NCBI GenBank assembly: GCA_043228905.1
Contig: JBHGNT010000016.1
Location: forward strand, 1,302,001 to 1,366,000
Length of the DNA: 64,000 nt
Origin: Azolla caroliniana
Lineage: Eukaryota; Plantae; Polypodiophyta
Direction: 5' to 3'
Under the pieces are notes generated by a model. That model saw nothing but the letters and a program-made list of their open reading frames with translations, was not told the DNA's origin and ran no database searches. Shown one piece after another: positions 52,574 to 64,000 of the stretch; within the stretch, counting starts at the first letter, position 1; each line of letters starts with the position of its first letter. The position numbers were made by a program, and so were the translations under genes.

Positions 52574-52959
52574 TCTGAATATTGCAAGAGAAATGGTGAG
52601 CAGAGAAGAGTAGCAGAGGGAGAGAATCAGAAAGAAAGAGGGCACGATTCTTTCTTTCTCTGTTTCTTCTGGGAAGAATCAGATAAACATTCATGAAATC
52701 AGTCCATTCCAATGGCTCTCTACACAGAGGCAGATGCTAGATCCTTAAGCCCCCCCCCCCCCCCCCTCAAAACCATGCATGGGCTTTCTTTCCCCTCCCC
52801 TGTTTCCTCTGCTTTGCTGCCCCTTCCTTCTTCTTCTTCTTCTTCTTCTTCTTCTTCTTCTTCTGCTCTGCCTGCTGCTTTGCTTGCTTCCTTTCTTCTA
52901 TTGGTGTTTTGAGAGGAGAAGTGTAAAAAGCCTTTGAATGAATGAAGCTTTTCTTCAAT

Positions 52960-53060
52960 AACAATATGTATGTATGTTCTATATATATACATAACACATA
53001 TACTGTATACATATGCATAGATAGATCATAGATATATGTCTGTATGTATGTATATGTATG

Positions 53061-53092
<32 letters not shown>

Positions 53093-53142
53093 TGTATATA
53101 TATGTATGTATGTATGTATGTATATATATGTATGTATGTATG

Positions 53143-53174
<32 letters not shown>

Positions 53175-53203
53175 TGTATGTATGTATGTATATGTATATA
53201 GAC

Positions 53204-53234
<31 letters not shown>

Positions 53235-53305
53235 TGTATAACTGTATATGTATATATACATATGTATGTATGTATGTATGTATGTATGTTCATATAAAAC
53301 AAACA

Positions 53306-53341
<36 letters not shown>

Positions 53342-53342
53342 G
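52960..53342. repeat. Long compound (TATG)n/(TA)n/(AG)n microsatellite
   Basis: Direct read; it is the source of the spurious YIHT/MYVC ORFs. Confidence 0.95.
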
Positions 53343-53559
53343 GAGGGAGAACAACATACAGATACAAGATACAATGGGTAACAAGTTAACAACCACAGGG
53401 GGGTTCACTTCCACGGTTTGTGACACTACGCTCAACTTGTCACGTTTATTTTTGTGGGCCGCTTCTGTCCAATCCGACCTCGGCAAGTTTCACGCAAGGA
53501 AGATGTTCCCCGTCTAATCTGTGCCCCTACCGTCAAAAAGGCATGTGGTTTTTTCAGGC

Positions 53560-54055
53560 CCAACATGTGTTCGTAATGCTAGAAGGGCAAAAGTTTCGAT
53601 CCATTCAAAGGCTCTGAAATGCTAGAACAGAATCCATCTGAATTCTGAATGTCCGAAGGCGAACAGTTCAATCGATCCATTTGAGCCCAATTTGTTGGAA
53701 AGCAAACATGTTCGTCCATCTAGGCTTTGAATGCTAAAAGGCAGACAGATGCCTCCATATTTTTGAAGCTTTGAATGTTTGAAGGAAGACATTTCAATCC
53801 ATCTAAGCTCAAAAGGTTAGATAGAAGGTGGACATTTTCATCATTTTGAGCCTAAAATGCTTTCACTGAAACATTTTAGTCCATTTGAACTTCAAAGGTA
53901 GACATTTCAATCCAACTTAGTTAAAAACGTTCAGAAGTTAGATGTTTTCGTCTATCCGACCTCATAGGGTATTAAAAAGGCGAAAATTCTAGTAAGTTCA
54001 TTTGAGTTCCAAACATTAGAAGACAAACATATCAGTCCATCTAAGGTCAGAATAC
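53560..54055. repeat. Degenerate minisatellite of about 40 bp, roughly 11-12 copies
   Basis: Recurring AATGCTAGAAGG..AACATTTCAATCCAT(C/T)T(A/G)AGC. Confidence 0.65.
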
Positions 54056-55299
54056 TAAGTACTCCATTACATATATGTGTGTGTGTGTGTGGCTTGTTGT
54101 TCTCAAACTATGAGACACTATTTGAAGATTTAATTTGTCATTCTTCAATCTCATAGGCCACTTTGCCCTCTTAAAAGACATTGATATTTCTTTCTCTATA
54201 TCTCTAAGATAATATAGATGAGTCACTTTCTTTCTCTAAGCTATAATGAAGTGACTTTGTCTCTCCCAAACACATCTCAACCTTATCTATATGAAAACAT
54301 GTGTAAAGTAACATTCTCTATCTTCCCCTCTCTCTATCTTTCTATTTGCTAAAGGGTTCTGAATTCAGTATAATACAAGATAACAAAGTAAACGTGTAAA
54401 GCACGCGAACACGAACAATAAAAGAACGAAAATGGAAACCACGAAGCTTGCACAAGCTTCTAATAGGGGAAAGGATAAACTTTGACTACATATTTCTACC
54501 ACAATGTAAGGCAATCTAGGTACAATCCGTCCACTCAAGGTGTGTAAAACCAAGCAAAAAGAAAGATCATTCGCACACATATATATGTACTACGATTAAT
54601 AAAACACTATGCGCCAGAAAATATTACCTTTATACAAAATCTAAGATACTTTATATGCCCCCACCAAGCTAACGTGACAATTTATTGTTCGATCCACGCA
54701 TATCTTATTGAATTTCTTAAATTCAAGTACGTGAACACGATGACATAGTGATAAATTTGGAGCTTTGCAACCTTACAGTCGTAGGTTAAGTTTGACACTA
54801 TGAATTTTATCTCAAGCTGACCAAAAACAAATTGAGATTAATGATGTGGTTATGAACAAATAACATGAGTTCATCGCTAGAAGTACATGTCCATAAATAG
54901 CTAGATCGTCATTAAAAAAATGATAAAGCGAGCATTCTCTTCTTGTAACATACACATAGAATTTCATCAAACCACAAAACATGACAATACAATTTGAGCA
55001 TATATTGCTTGTAACTAAATATCATCAAATGTTCTATTGATTAAAGTTGTGGGATGGGGACGGTGTACATTGGAAATCCTATAGGAGATAGATACTATCC
55101 ACAAGTCATCACTATAATAAACTTATTTATTGAAAAGACTTCGTGCAAATGACAATATTTGCATGCCCATGTGACCATGAGAAAGCTTTGGTGATAAAGG
55201 ATCAAGTAATTTTAGCACACCATCCACAAGGTTTTGCCTTTTCAATTTGTTTCCATCTTATCTTCATTCTTATTTAGCATAGTGGACCTGGAAGGTGAG

Positions 55300-55950
55300 A
55301 AGCGAGGGAATAACACTCCTCTAAAGGTCATTTTGTGGTATACGTGTCAATGCACAAAGGAATGTTCCAAAAAGCTTGACATGGCATGTCTAGCATAACT
55401 CATCTTCTTTCTCTCAAGAACCTTATTCCTACAAGCCTTAGACTTTTGGCTTCCCAACCTTGTATCATAGCCATGAGATTAGTTGATCTACCGCACAACC
55501 TTTATTAGTTTATTCCTTGAGCCAAATTATGGATTATGAACCACAATTTCTTTTTTCGAAACAAAATATCCTTCCATTAGTTGTACAAAAAAGTCATAAC
55601 AACTACAACATACAAAGTATTTTTTCCCCAATCCCGTCTTGTGTAAGACAATGGTTGAGGAAACAAATCTATGTACTCCAAAGTAGAGAAAATAGTCCAC
55701 TAATTTGCAAGCTATTCCATAGACACATTCCAAGGTATTCCATGTCCATAGACGACAACAAAAGTAGCTATATTCGGAAACAAGCCCTTACAACTCATAA
55801 TTATGAATCATTTCAATAGTTCTTCAACCTACTCCTGTTCAACATAATCTTTATCCAAAAAACCGAATGCTACCACAAACTTTAAAAGTAGAGAACAATG
55901 TATTCCATGCCTATACATCTCGGATTTGAAGGCAATGAAATACGTTATGT
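55300..55950 (-). mobile_element. Possible decayed KDZ-like transposase relic (catalytic region)
   Basis: Translations FLDKDYVEQ...SCKGLF...VVYGHGIPWNVSME resemble the KDZ C.HGIP motif; many stops. Resemblance judged by eye only. Confidence 0.25.
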
Positions 55951-56748
55951 GCTTTTTAAAGAGAACCACATTTCACATTCGTGACTGTAAACTCAACAGG
56001 TATGCTTCCTCTTTCCACATCAACCATCTCACTGGTTACAACCAAATTAATGAGTCTTGCCACCACAATTTAATGAGTCTTGCTACCACTCAATTGTGCG
56101 ACTAGTGGATATAATTAATTGTGTTTGATTTTCAGATTTGCTTTATCTCCTTCAAACTAGTTGACCTACTACACAACCCTTTTTGGTAAATTCTTCATGC
56201 CAAATCATGGAGTATGAACTATAATTCACATGAATCTTTGTATAAACTCAAATGTACAACTAATTTGGAAAGTTGATTAAAAATTTCACCCTCCATTCAT
56301 TTGTAGCTTGTCTAATGTCATTTCTCATTTAAAAGAATGATTTTATTGTAGAATCTAGATAAAGTTCAACCTTATGTTGATAAGTTTTACTTACAATAGT
56401 GTCTTTCTTAAAACAGAATCCCTGTCAAAAGTCTTGAGGAAGGAAAGCAATATCCCTCTGCATCAGACCCAGCGACCATATTCGGCGACCCTCCCCTATG
56501 TCTGAGCTTCACGGCCGCCACAACAGAGGAAGGGAAGCAACCACTGGGCTACAAATTCGTTCTGCTGCGCTACAACATCTCTACCAACAGGTTTGATTTC
56601 TGCCTATATTAACTTTGTATCCATCGAAGCAGATGAAATTAGTGGTGGTGGTGATTGGGGAAAAGTAAGGAGAAAGATTTGGAAGAGAAGAGAGAACGAT
56701 TAATTAGGAAGTAGGGAGTCTTACAAACTCAGGACTAGAAGAGAGTCG

Positions 56749-58143
56749 ATGTATACACCGTCTTCGTCAACGCCCAAGGAGCGATCCAACGAATCGGCCC
56801 GCGCTTCTCCTACGATTGACGGTACTATAGATGTCCAATTGGCACCGGAAGATGAGCTCACTGTTCTCAATGAAGTTAAACGATTGGAGCGGTGCTCTAT
56901 TGTTGCCCAAGTCCTGGGAAAACGACCGAGTAGAGGGGATCTTCGTCATCTTCTCCAGGCAGCCTTAAAGGAAAAATTGGATAAGATAACTGATATTCAA
57001 TTGATGGGCCGAGGTTGCTATCAATTGGAGTTTGAAGATCATTCTTCCGTTTGCAATATCCTTTCCATCAACTCGGTAGAAATCTCAGGTGCATGGGTTC
57101 TTTTTTTCCCATGGACCCATGGTTTTGATACGGCAGCCCTACAGGTGGAGGCAACGGGATACTTTACGTGTACTGCTGTTTTTCCAGGTTTAGACAAGGA
57201 GTGGAGGGAGGTTCTTCACAAAATTGGGGCAACAATAGGTAGAGTTTTACATGTTAACTCATCTACATTCAAGGATATTGTAGAAAAAGGAGGAGCTCCG
57301 TCGGTCAAGTTACTTTGCAAGAAAGATGTAGTGTTACCTAATTGGATTCGCCTTCCAAAACTGCAAGGTAATATGTTTCAAAAAATTCAGAAAGTGCTTT
57401 ACTTTGGGTTGCCCAACCAATGTTTTTCTTGTAAAAAAATTGGTCATTTAGCAAAAGATTGTTTGATTGTCCATGGGAAGCCTATTGTAGCTATGCATAA
57501 GCAAAATAATAATGTGGTCACTTCACTGGTGCCTCATGAAACTCAACAAGTAAAGGGTTTTGATATATTGTTAGATAAAGTGGGTAAGGGAAAAGGTGTT
57601 GATATGAGTTGTTCCAATGTCCCTCAATTTGCACTATCGGAAGGTAGTATGGACACGTTGAGGCAAGATTTAGGAATGTCGATTTCTGCTCCATCTTTGG
57701 AGATCATTCCAGCCATTCCTCCTCCCTTAGTGCTGCCTGAATGTAGTATGGACGCTTTGCAAAAAGATGTAGTTATGCCGGTTTCCGTTTCCGCTTTGGA
57801 AATTGTTCCAGTCATTGACTCAATGCTAGAACAAGATCCGACGAAAGTTAAGGCGTCAGTTCAGAAAATGATAACATCGTTTCAACATAATGATGCAAAG
57901 GTAAATGCTCGATCATATTCAGATGTTTTGCAGACAGGGGTGGGGCAATCACTGTATGTTTTTGCATCTGCAAAGGATACTATAGAAGCGCTTGGGAATA
58001 GCAAAAATAGGGTATATAAAGACCATCGTGTGTTAGTCAAGGATTTCCGTGTGGAAAAAAGAATAACAAGAGCAGTAACTTCATCTCAAAAGGAGAGACA
58101 AGTGGTTTTGACTGGTAAGAGGTCTTCTCCATCTCAATCTTGA
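56749..58143 (+). CDS. L1 ORF1 (DUF4283/RRM-like domain plus CCHC zinc knuckle), 464 aa
   Basis: IQLMGRGCYQLEF...FPWTHGF; CFSCKKIGHLAKDC. Confidence 0.9.
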   Translation: MYTPSSSTPKERSNESARASPTIDGTIDVQLAPEDELTVLNEVKRLERCSIVAQVLGKRPSRGDLRHLLQAALKEKLDKITDIQLMGRGCYQLEFEDHSSVCNILSINSVEISGAWVLFFPWTHGFDTAALQVEATGYFTCTAVFPGLDKEWREVLHKIGATIGRVLHVNSSTFKDIVEKGGAPSVKLLCKKDVVLPNWIRLPKLQGNMFQKIQKVLYFGLPNQCFSCKKIGHLAKDCLIVHGKPIVAMHKQNNNVVTSLVPHETQQVKGFDILLDKVGKGKGVDMSCSNVPQFALSEGSMDTLRQDLGMSISAPSLEIIPAIPPPLVLPECSMDALQKDVVMPVSVSALEIVPVIDSMLEQDPTKVKASVQKMITSFQHNDAKVNARSYSDVLQTGVGQSLYVFASAKDTIEALGNSKNRVYKDHRVLVKDFRVEKRITRAVTSSQKERQVVLTGKRSSPSQS

Positions 58144-58144
58144 T

Positions 58145-61100
58145 ATGTATTATTTTAATATTTTATCTTGGAACCTTCAAGGGTTAGGTACGAGTCGTTG
58201 TAATAGAGTAAGATGTTACTTGAATCAAGAATTATCTTTACCTTCAATAGGTCAACTTGATATGCTATGCTTTCAAGAACACCATCTTAATTCACAAAGG
58301 ATAGCATCGAATAGAAATTTACTACGTGGTAATTGGATTTATGAATGGGTTCCGGCTTTTGGACCATCTGGTACTCAAGGTGGCCTTTGTATCGCACTTA
58401 AAATGCAATGGCAGTCTAATGTACAAGCTAAAGGAGTATTGTTTGGTGGTAGAGTTCAATATATGCTTATTCTTATCTCCGGAAAATTGATTGGTTTTTT
58501 GAATGTATATGCTCCGAATTCTGTTACTGGAAGAATTCGTTTGTGGAATAAGTTATTGCAAGATCTTCCTGTGGCACAACATTGGTGCATGTGTGGTGAT
58601 TGGAACATGATTGAAAGCCCTAGTGATAGATTAGGTGGATCTTCTACTACTATATCGGGTTTAGAATTGCGTGAGTGGGAAAAGTTAATTTTCAAATATG
58701 AAGTTACTGATTTGTGGCATATTCCAACCTTCTCTCGCATGCCCGATTCCTTGTTATACTCACGTTCCAATCGAAGAAGTGTTGCTCTTAATCTGTCGAG
58801 AATAGATAGGTTTTATGTAGATTCTTTTTTTTGGGATCGTGGAGGATATGTGGGTATTATATCAGGCACTTCGTTCTCAGATCATGCCCCGATTATGCTC
58901 AAATTCTGTATGAACAGCCATACTTCTATTTCTCGATTGTATGTGCCAAGGTTTATTGTTGATGATATGAGTTTGCAGAATACAGTTTTGTCAATTTGGA
59001 GAATGGCTATAGGGGATTCTAATTGTCAAAAATTACAGAATGCTCTTCTCGCAGTTTCCAACTTCTTTATACAACAAGTTAAGTTAAAACAAAGTAGCTA
59101 CACTAGAAAATTGCTGAATGCTAAGAGAGGTTTGGCTTCTCTTCAAATTTTGCAAGAAAAACAGCCTCATTCTCAATATATTCATTGTGAATTACAGAAT
59201 GTTATGATGCTTATTTCTTTTCTGCAGCAAAAACGTGCTCAATTTTTTCTTCATGCATCTGCAGCAAGATGGTGTACAAAAGGAGACACCATGTCAAAAT
59301 TCTTTTTCCAACATGTTACGCCTAAAAGAAATAAAATTCAGATTGTACAATTGAAAAGATCTGATGGTACAGTTACTATGGATAAAGATGAAATGAGTAA
59401 CATTGTTGCCACTTATTATGAGTCGTTGTTATTAGCAGATACTCCAAGTGTTGAAACTCAACAAATGCGCCAAAAAGTATGGGCTGTTACTGTGGTTAAG
59501 GTAACATCTCGGATATCTCTTCAGCTTCTTCGTCCATTTTCATCCTTTGAAATATTACAAGCTATTAAAGGTGTTGGGCCAGATGTGTCCCCGGGAGTAG
59601 ATGGAATGGGAAGAGATTTTTTCATTACATATTGGGACTTGATTGCCGAAGATCTATTGGCAGCATTTCAAGAAATGTTCAATACAGGTATTATGCCACA
59701 AAAGTGGAAAGAGGGATTAATATGCCTCATTCCGAAAGGTGAGGTTGTTACGGATGAGGTGAAGGGTTGGCGGCCCATTACTTTATTGAATACAATTTAC
59801 AAAATCTATGCTAAGTTATTGGCTTTGAGATTACAACCTTTTCTTTCAGAGATTGTGCATGACTCACAGACGGGATTTATGCAAGAACGTAGTATTTTTG
59901 ACAATATTTTTTTGTTTTGGGAATTAACAGGGATGGCAATGAAAACTAAAGAAGATCTAGCGATACTTTTATTAGATTTTGAGAAGGCATATGATAGAGT
60001 TGATTGGGACTTCATGGAAGGTTCATTATTGAGATTAGGTTTTCCTGCGCAGTGGATTAGGGCTGTAGCTTCCTTGTATCGTGAGGCCTTTAGTTCAGTG
60101 TTGGTCGCCGGTGGGCAAACTAGAAAATTTTCTATCTCGCGTTCGGTTCGTCAAGGTTGTCCATTGGCCCCATTCCTGTTTTTGCTAGTTATGGAAACAT
60201 TCTCAATGTATTTAAACTCCTCTCAAGTTGCTTTGAAGGGCTTGCCTTTGCCTGCCACGCAACAACAAATGTTGGATGCAGAATTTGCAGATGATACTGC
60301 AATTTATGTTCAAGGTAATGATGAAAATTTAAGTAAATTGCAAGAAGTAGTGGAGGAATTTTGTTTGGCCTCTGGAGCAAAGATAAATTGGCATAAATCT
60401 CTTGGCTTTTGGGTGTCACAAAATTCCTTGCCTAATTGGATGCCTTCGCAGGAATTCAAGTGGGTTCCTAATGGAACCACTACTCGTTACTTAGGCTGTC
60501 AAGTGGGACTTCATGTTACTGCAAATATGTTAGTTGCTCCTCTACTTGTAAAATTAAGAAGAAAATTGTTGCTTTGGGATTCGGTTAACCTGTCACTTGC
60601 AGGTCGTATACTTGTAGCTAACCAAGTGTTGTTAGCGACTATTTGGTATGTTGCTTCAACTACATTGTTTGCTAGATCATGTATTTTACAGGTGCAACGC
60701 CTCATTCGTAACTACATTTGGGGAGGGAAAACAGGTCAAGGTAAAAGGCCTAAAGTAGCTTGGGCAGTATTGATTGCTCCACGACAAAATGGTGGGATGG
60801 GGCTGGTAGATCCAGATGCACAGTGTAAGGCTTTGCTTTCTAAATTTGTGTGCAGAGCTATGCTGCCAATGCAAGGTGTTTGGAGTCGTTTGATGATGCA
60901 TAGGTTGTCTACTATGTGCCCATCAATAGGAGGAAAGTGGCAACCATCTTTAAGATGGGGTTTTATTCAGAATTTTCATTTGTTTAAAACAACCTTATTA
61001 GAAGATAGGTTTTTTAATGGAATTCTCACAAGTTGGTCAGCTGTCAAAAAGTTTCTAATTCGGAAGGTACCTTCGACAACGGATGACTTGTTGAGACAAC

Positions 61101-62482
61101 CCTTGATCTGGAACTTTCTCTTTTCAGATTCAAGGGGTTTTCTGCTTGGTAGCCGTCCTCGGTTGAATTGGGCTTCTATGGATGCATCAATAGCAGGTAA
61201 TGTTCAAGCATGGGGATGCTATGTTATGAATCAACAGTTACAACCTTTGTCGAGGCCTTCAGTTCGAGGAAGTGCTATTATGTGCGATAATATGCAAGTG
61301 GCATTGGGACAATTTATGGCTTCATGGTCCCCCTCTAGCAATTAGATTTGGTTTGGTTATTTCTCTCCTCTAAAAGTGATTTTAGGAGCTAAAGTAACTA
61401 ACACTATGGGTGATGTAATATACTTTAATGTGGATGATGATGGTAGGTTGTGGCATGTATTTTCTGAATCAGATGTGTGGATATCCGCCAATGTTTCAGC
61501 GATTCGAGTAGTTGCAAGATCGGGAAAAAAATGGCTCTTGGATCCACCATTTCAAGAATGCTTACGGTGTTGTTCGTTGTGGGTTTTTCAAAAAAAGCCG
61601 CTTTATAATTTGGATTGGGATCCAACTGATTATCAATGGAAAAAACCGAATGCTAATGGAAATGGTAAACACTTAGAGTTCTTTCAGTATTCAGTTAAGT
61701 TAGGTAGAAATTTATTATTGCAATCAAAGTATAAATGCCCAGCTGCCATGAAGCATTGGATTGCAAATAATGTGAATGAACTACAACTTACAAAATTTTG
61801 GAAATGGTTGTGGAGTATGCAGTTGCCGAAAAAAGTTATTTGTTTTCGTTGGTTGTTGATACATTATGCTCTTCCTGTTGGTGATTGGTTGAGGCAAAAT
61901 CAGCAATATGCTTGTGGAATGCATTGTGGTGAATCTACGGAATCTATTTTGCATTTGTTTTGGATGTGTCCCAAAATCAAGCAATTCTGGAGTAAGTTGT
62001 TTTTATTACTAAGAAACCACTATGCTCGTTCTACTTTCTCGTGGGGTGCAGTATTATGGGGTGTCCTTCATGGAGATGTTATGAATTACGAACGTATGCA
62101 TGCTTCTCATGTTTTTTACTTTTCCAATGGGTACATCTATCTCACTTCATTTCCATCTGTTATTCCTCGGTTTAGAACTGAAAATCTGGTTATTTGGCGT
62201 ATTGTTACGTCACTAGCGCTGTGGATAATATGGAAAACGAGATGCGATGCTGTTTTTAATAATGCTCACATACATCTCAATAATATGCTTATTGAATTCT
62301 GGTGGTTATTTGTCCACACCATACGTGGACAATATGATGATTTGCAGGGTACAACTGATGCTCAAAGGCAACAACAAGTGGACTTTAAGAAACGGTGGCG
62401 AGGGCTTCACTTATTTTCAGATACGTCTCCTGGTATGAAGTGGAATTATTCCATTCCTCCTTTTTTATTGCATAGCTTGTAG
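58145..62482 (+). CDS. L1 ORF2 (APE endonuclease, RT, zf-RVT), interrupted only by an in-frame TAG at 61343-61345
   Basis: ILSWNLQGL, FQEH, NVYAPN, GDWN, SRIDRFY, SDHAP; WRPITLLN, LDFEKAYD, RQGCPLAP, FADD, YLG. After the TAG the same frame continues to CGESTESILHLFWMC and IWKTRC. Confidence 0.92.
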
Positions 62483-63559
62483 ATGGTGTTCCATTTGTTC
62501 CTATTGTGATATCATCTGTATCATCAAATGTTGGTATTAGGTTTTGTATTACAATAGAGGTGAGATGAAATGTCTCCCTCTGTTTTCTATATGTACATTT
62601 CTCAAGTAATTTACTAAGGTGTATCTTTAAAAAAAAAAAAAAAAGTTTTACTTACAATAATTTAAACACAAGTGTTTCTTTCTGTCTTTTTGTATTTGAA
62701 AATTGTTCCTCTTTTCATTTGGGCATATAGGTCATTCTCATTCTGACTTGGAGACCAATTTACTTGATCCATGACATGGTGGAGGTGAGGGAATATGCCA
62801 CAGGGAATTTCATGGGAAGAGTGCTAATAACAAAATTCTATATGCTATGAAGATGCTTCATATTATTGGTAGGAAACCTCAATGTGAGGTAAAACAAAAA
62901 CTATTTTTTTGGAAAAAAAAAAACAAAAACTATTAAAGCACAATGCGATGCTCCAAAATACTCCAAGAATAACTGAAATTTGCTAAGTGAAACATCATAG
63001 AGCTGGAGATACTCATGCAATTATGGTTTAAGGAACCGCTTACATAAGAAGAATTCATCTACAACAATTGGATTGAACTTTGAAGACCAAATGGTTACAT
63101 CATGTCCACATAATTGATAATCCCCAAAGTCTTAGTTCATTGAAAAATTGGATGTATTGTGAGGTAGCTTTGGGAACGAAACTAAATATCCAAAAATTCT
63201 TTCCAAAATGTCATGTTGAGAAATGACTAGAGGGGTGTTGCCTCACCCCGCCTCACACTTTCCAAATAATGGTACCAAATTTGAACCAAAATTACATCTC
63301 TTGGATCTTGTCTATGTGATTCTTCTTTGATGAATATTTATCTCAATTGGTAAAAGAACAAATAAGGAACCATAAGAACAATCTCTCTTTTAATGTCAAA
63401 ACATGTTAGATTCTTGCTTAGAAATTTTTTCTACTAAGAGTATGACTTAACTATGGTTTGTAGTTGCTCATTGTGACGTTTTATCCATGGAGCAATAAAT
63501 AATAATAATAAGCAATATATGTACCTTGTTGGCTGCAATTTAATTCATTGGTATGAGAT

Positions 63560-64000
63560 GATAAAAAAGATAATGAAGATGGTATTGGTGCGATGACTCT
63601 CTTAGATAGAGGGATGCAAGAGGTGCCACCGCTTCAGAGCACAAAAGTATCGCGGGATCTATTTGAAGCGGGTCGGGAACGACCGGCTGAGAATCCCGTA
63701 GGGGATTTGCATCCTGCTGTGGAGACCATACCCCCCGAAATAGGTGTTAGGTTGCCCCATAACATGGGGATCGGCCCAAACATGGGCGTCAACATCACTG
63801 CTTTCGGATGAGGATCCTAACGTGGAATGTACAGGGCCTTGGTGGAGGCTGACAACACCAAGAGTGCAGAAGACTTCAGGAGGAGCTGAATCCCCTTAAT
63901 ATAGGGGGCCATATTGACATATTGCTTTTGCAGGAACACCACCTCTTGCAAGAGCGAACTCAGAGCTTAGTAAACCCCTTGTCGGGTGGGTGGACCACAT
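63560..64000 (+). mobile_element. Second L1-clade element: ORF1 tail plus ORF2 start, apparently 5'-truncated, continuing beyond the window
   Basis: ATG 63808 gives MRILTWNVQGLGGG*QHQECRRL...IDILLLQEHHL (endonuclease start with a premature TGA). The upstream ORF's TGA overlaps it as ATGA. Confidence 0.85.

Larger units (their letters stand above)
56399..62642 (+). mobile_element. Full-length L1-clade LINE, about 6.2 kb
   Basis: TSD AAGTTTTACTTACAATA at 56382-56398 and 62643-62659, poly(A) at about 62629-62644, and ORF1 plus ORF2. Confidence 0.96.

Noticed and set aside
52712-53517. ORFs up to 239 aa rich in YIHT/MYVC/poly-K/E
   Set aside because: Translations of (TATG)n and (CTT)n microsatellites.
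61376-62482. Separate 368-aa gene downstream of L1 ORF2
   Set aside because: It is in frame with ORF2, starts at GTG and encodes the zf-RVT tail, so it is the continuation past one stop.

Overview
This is a eukaryotic, land-plant nuclear window. The PPR motif style and the LINE families look fern-like, but that is an inference. It holds six host genes: a PLS-class PPR gene running off the left edge (-), a 7-exon B3-domain (REM-like) gene (+), an NPH3/RPT2-like BTB gene (-), an APUM7/8/12-type Pumilio gene with a CCCH finger (-), pescadillo/PES1 (-), and a type II PI4-kinase gamma with a ubiquitin-like domain (-). Transposable elements include a full-length L1 with a 17-bp TSD, poly(A) and one in-frame TAG in ORF2, plus the start of a second L1. 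There are also several non-L1 (RTEX/L2-like) LINE fragments, a decayed Mutator element inserted into a (TATG)n tract just upstream of pescadillo, three copies of a hAT-type MITE, possible KDZ transposase relics, and many micro- and minisatellites. The most unusual structure is an array of five decayed copies of the Pumilio start-exon module directly upstream of the real start, each carrying an ATG and forming a short upstream ORF. Exon boundaries were read by eye from GT/AG sites and reading-frame continuity.
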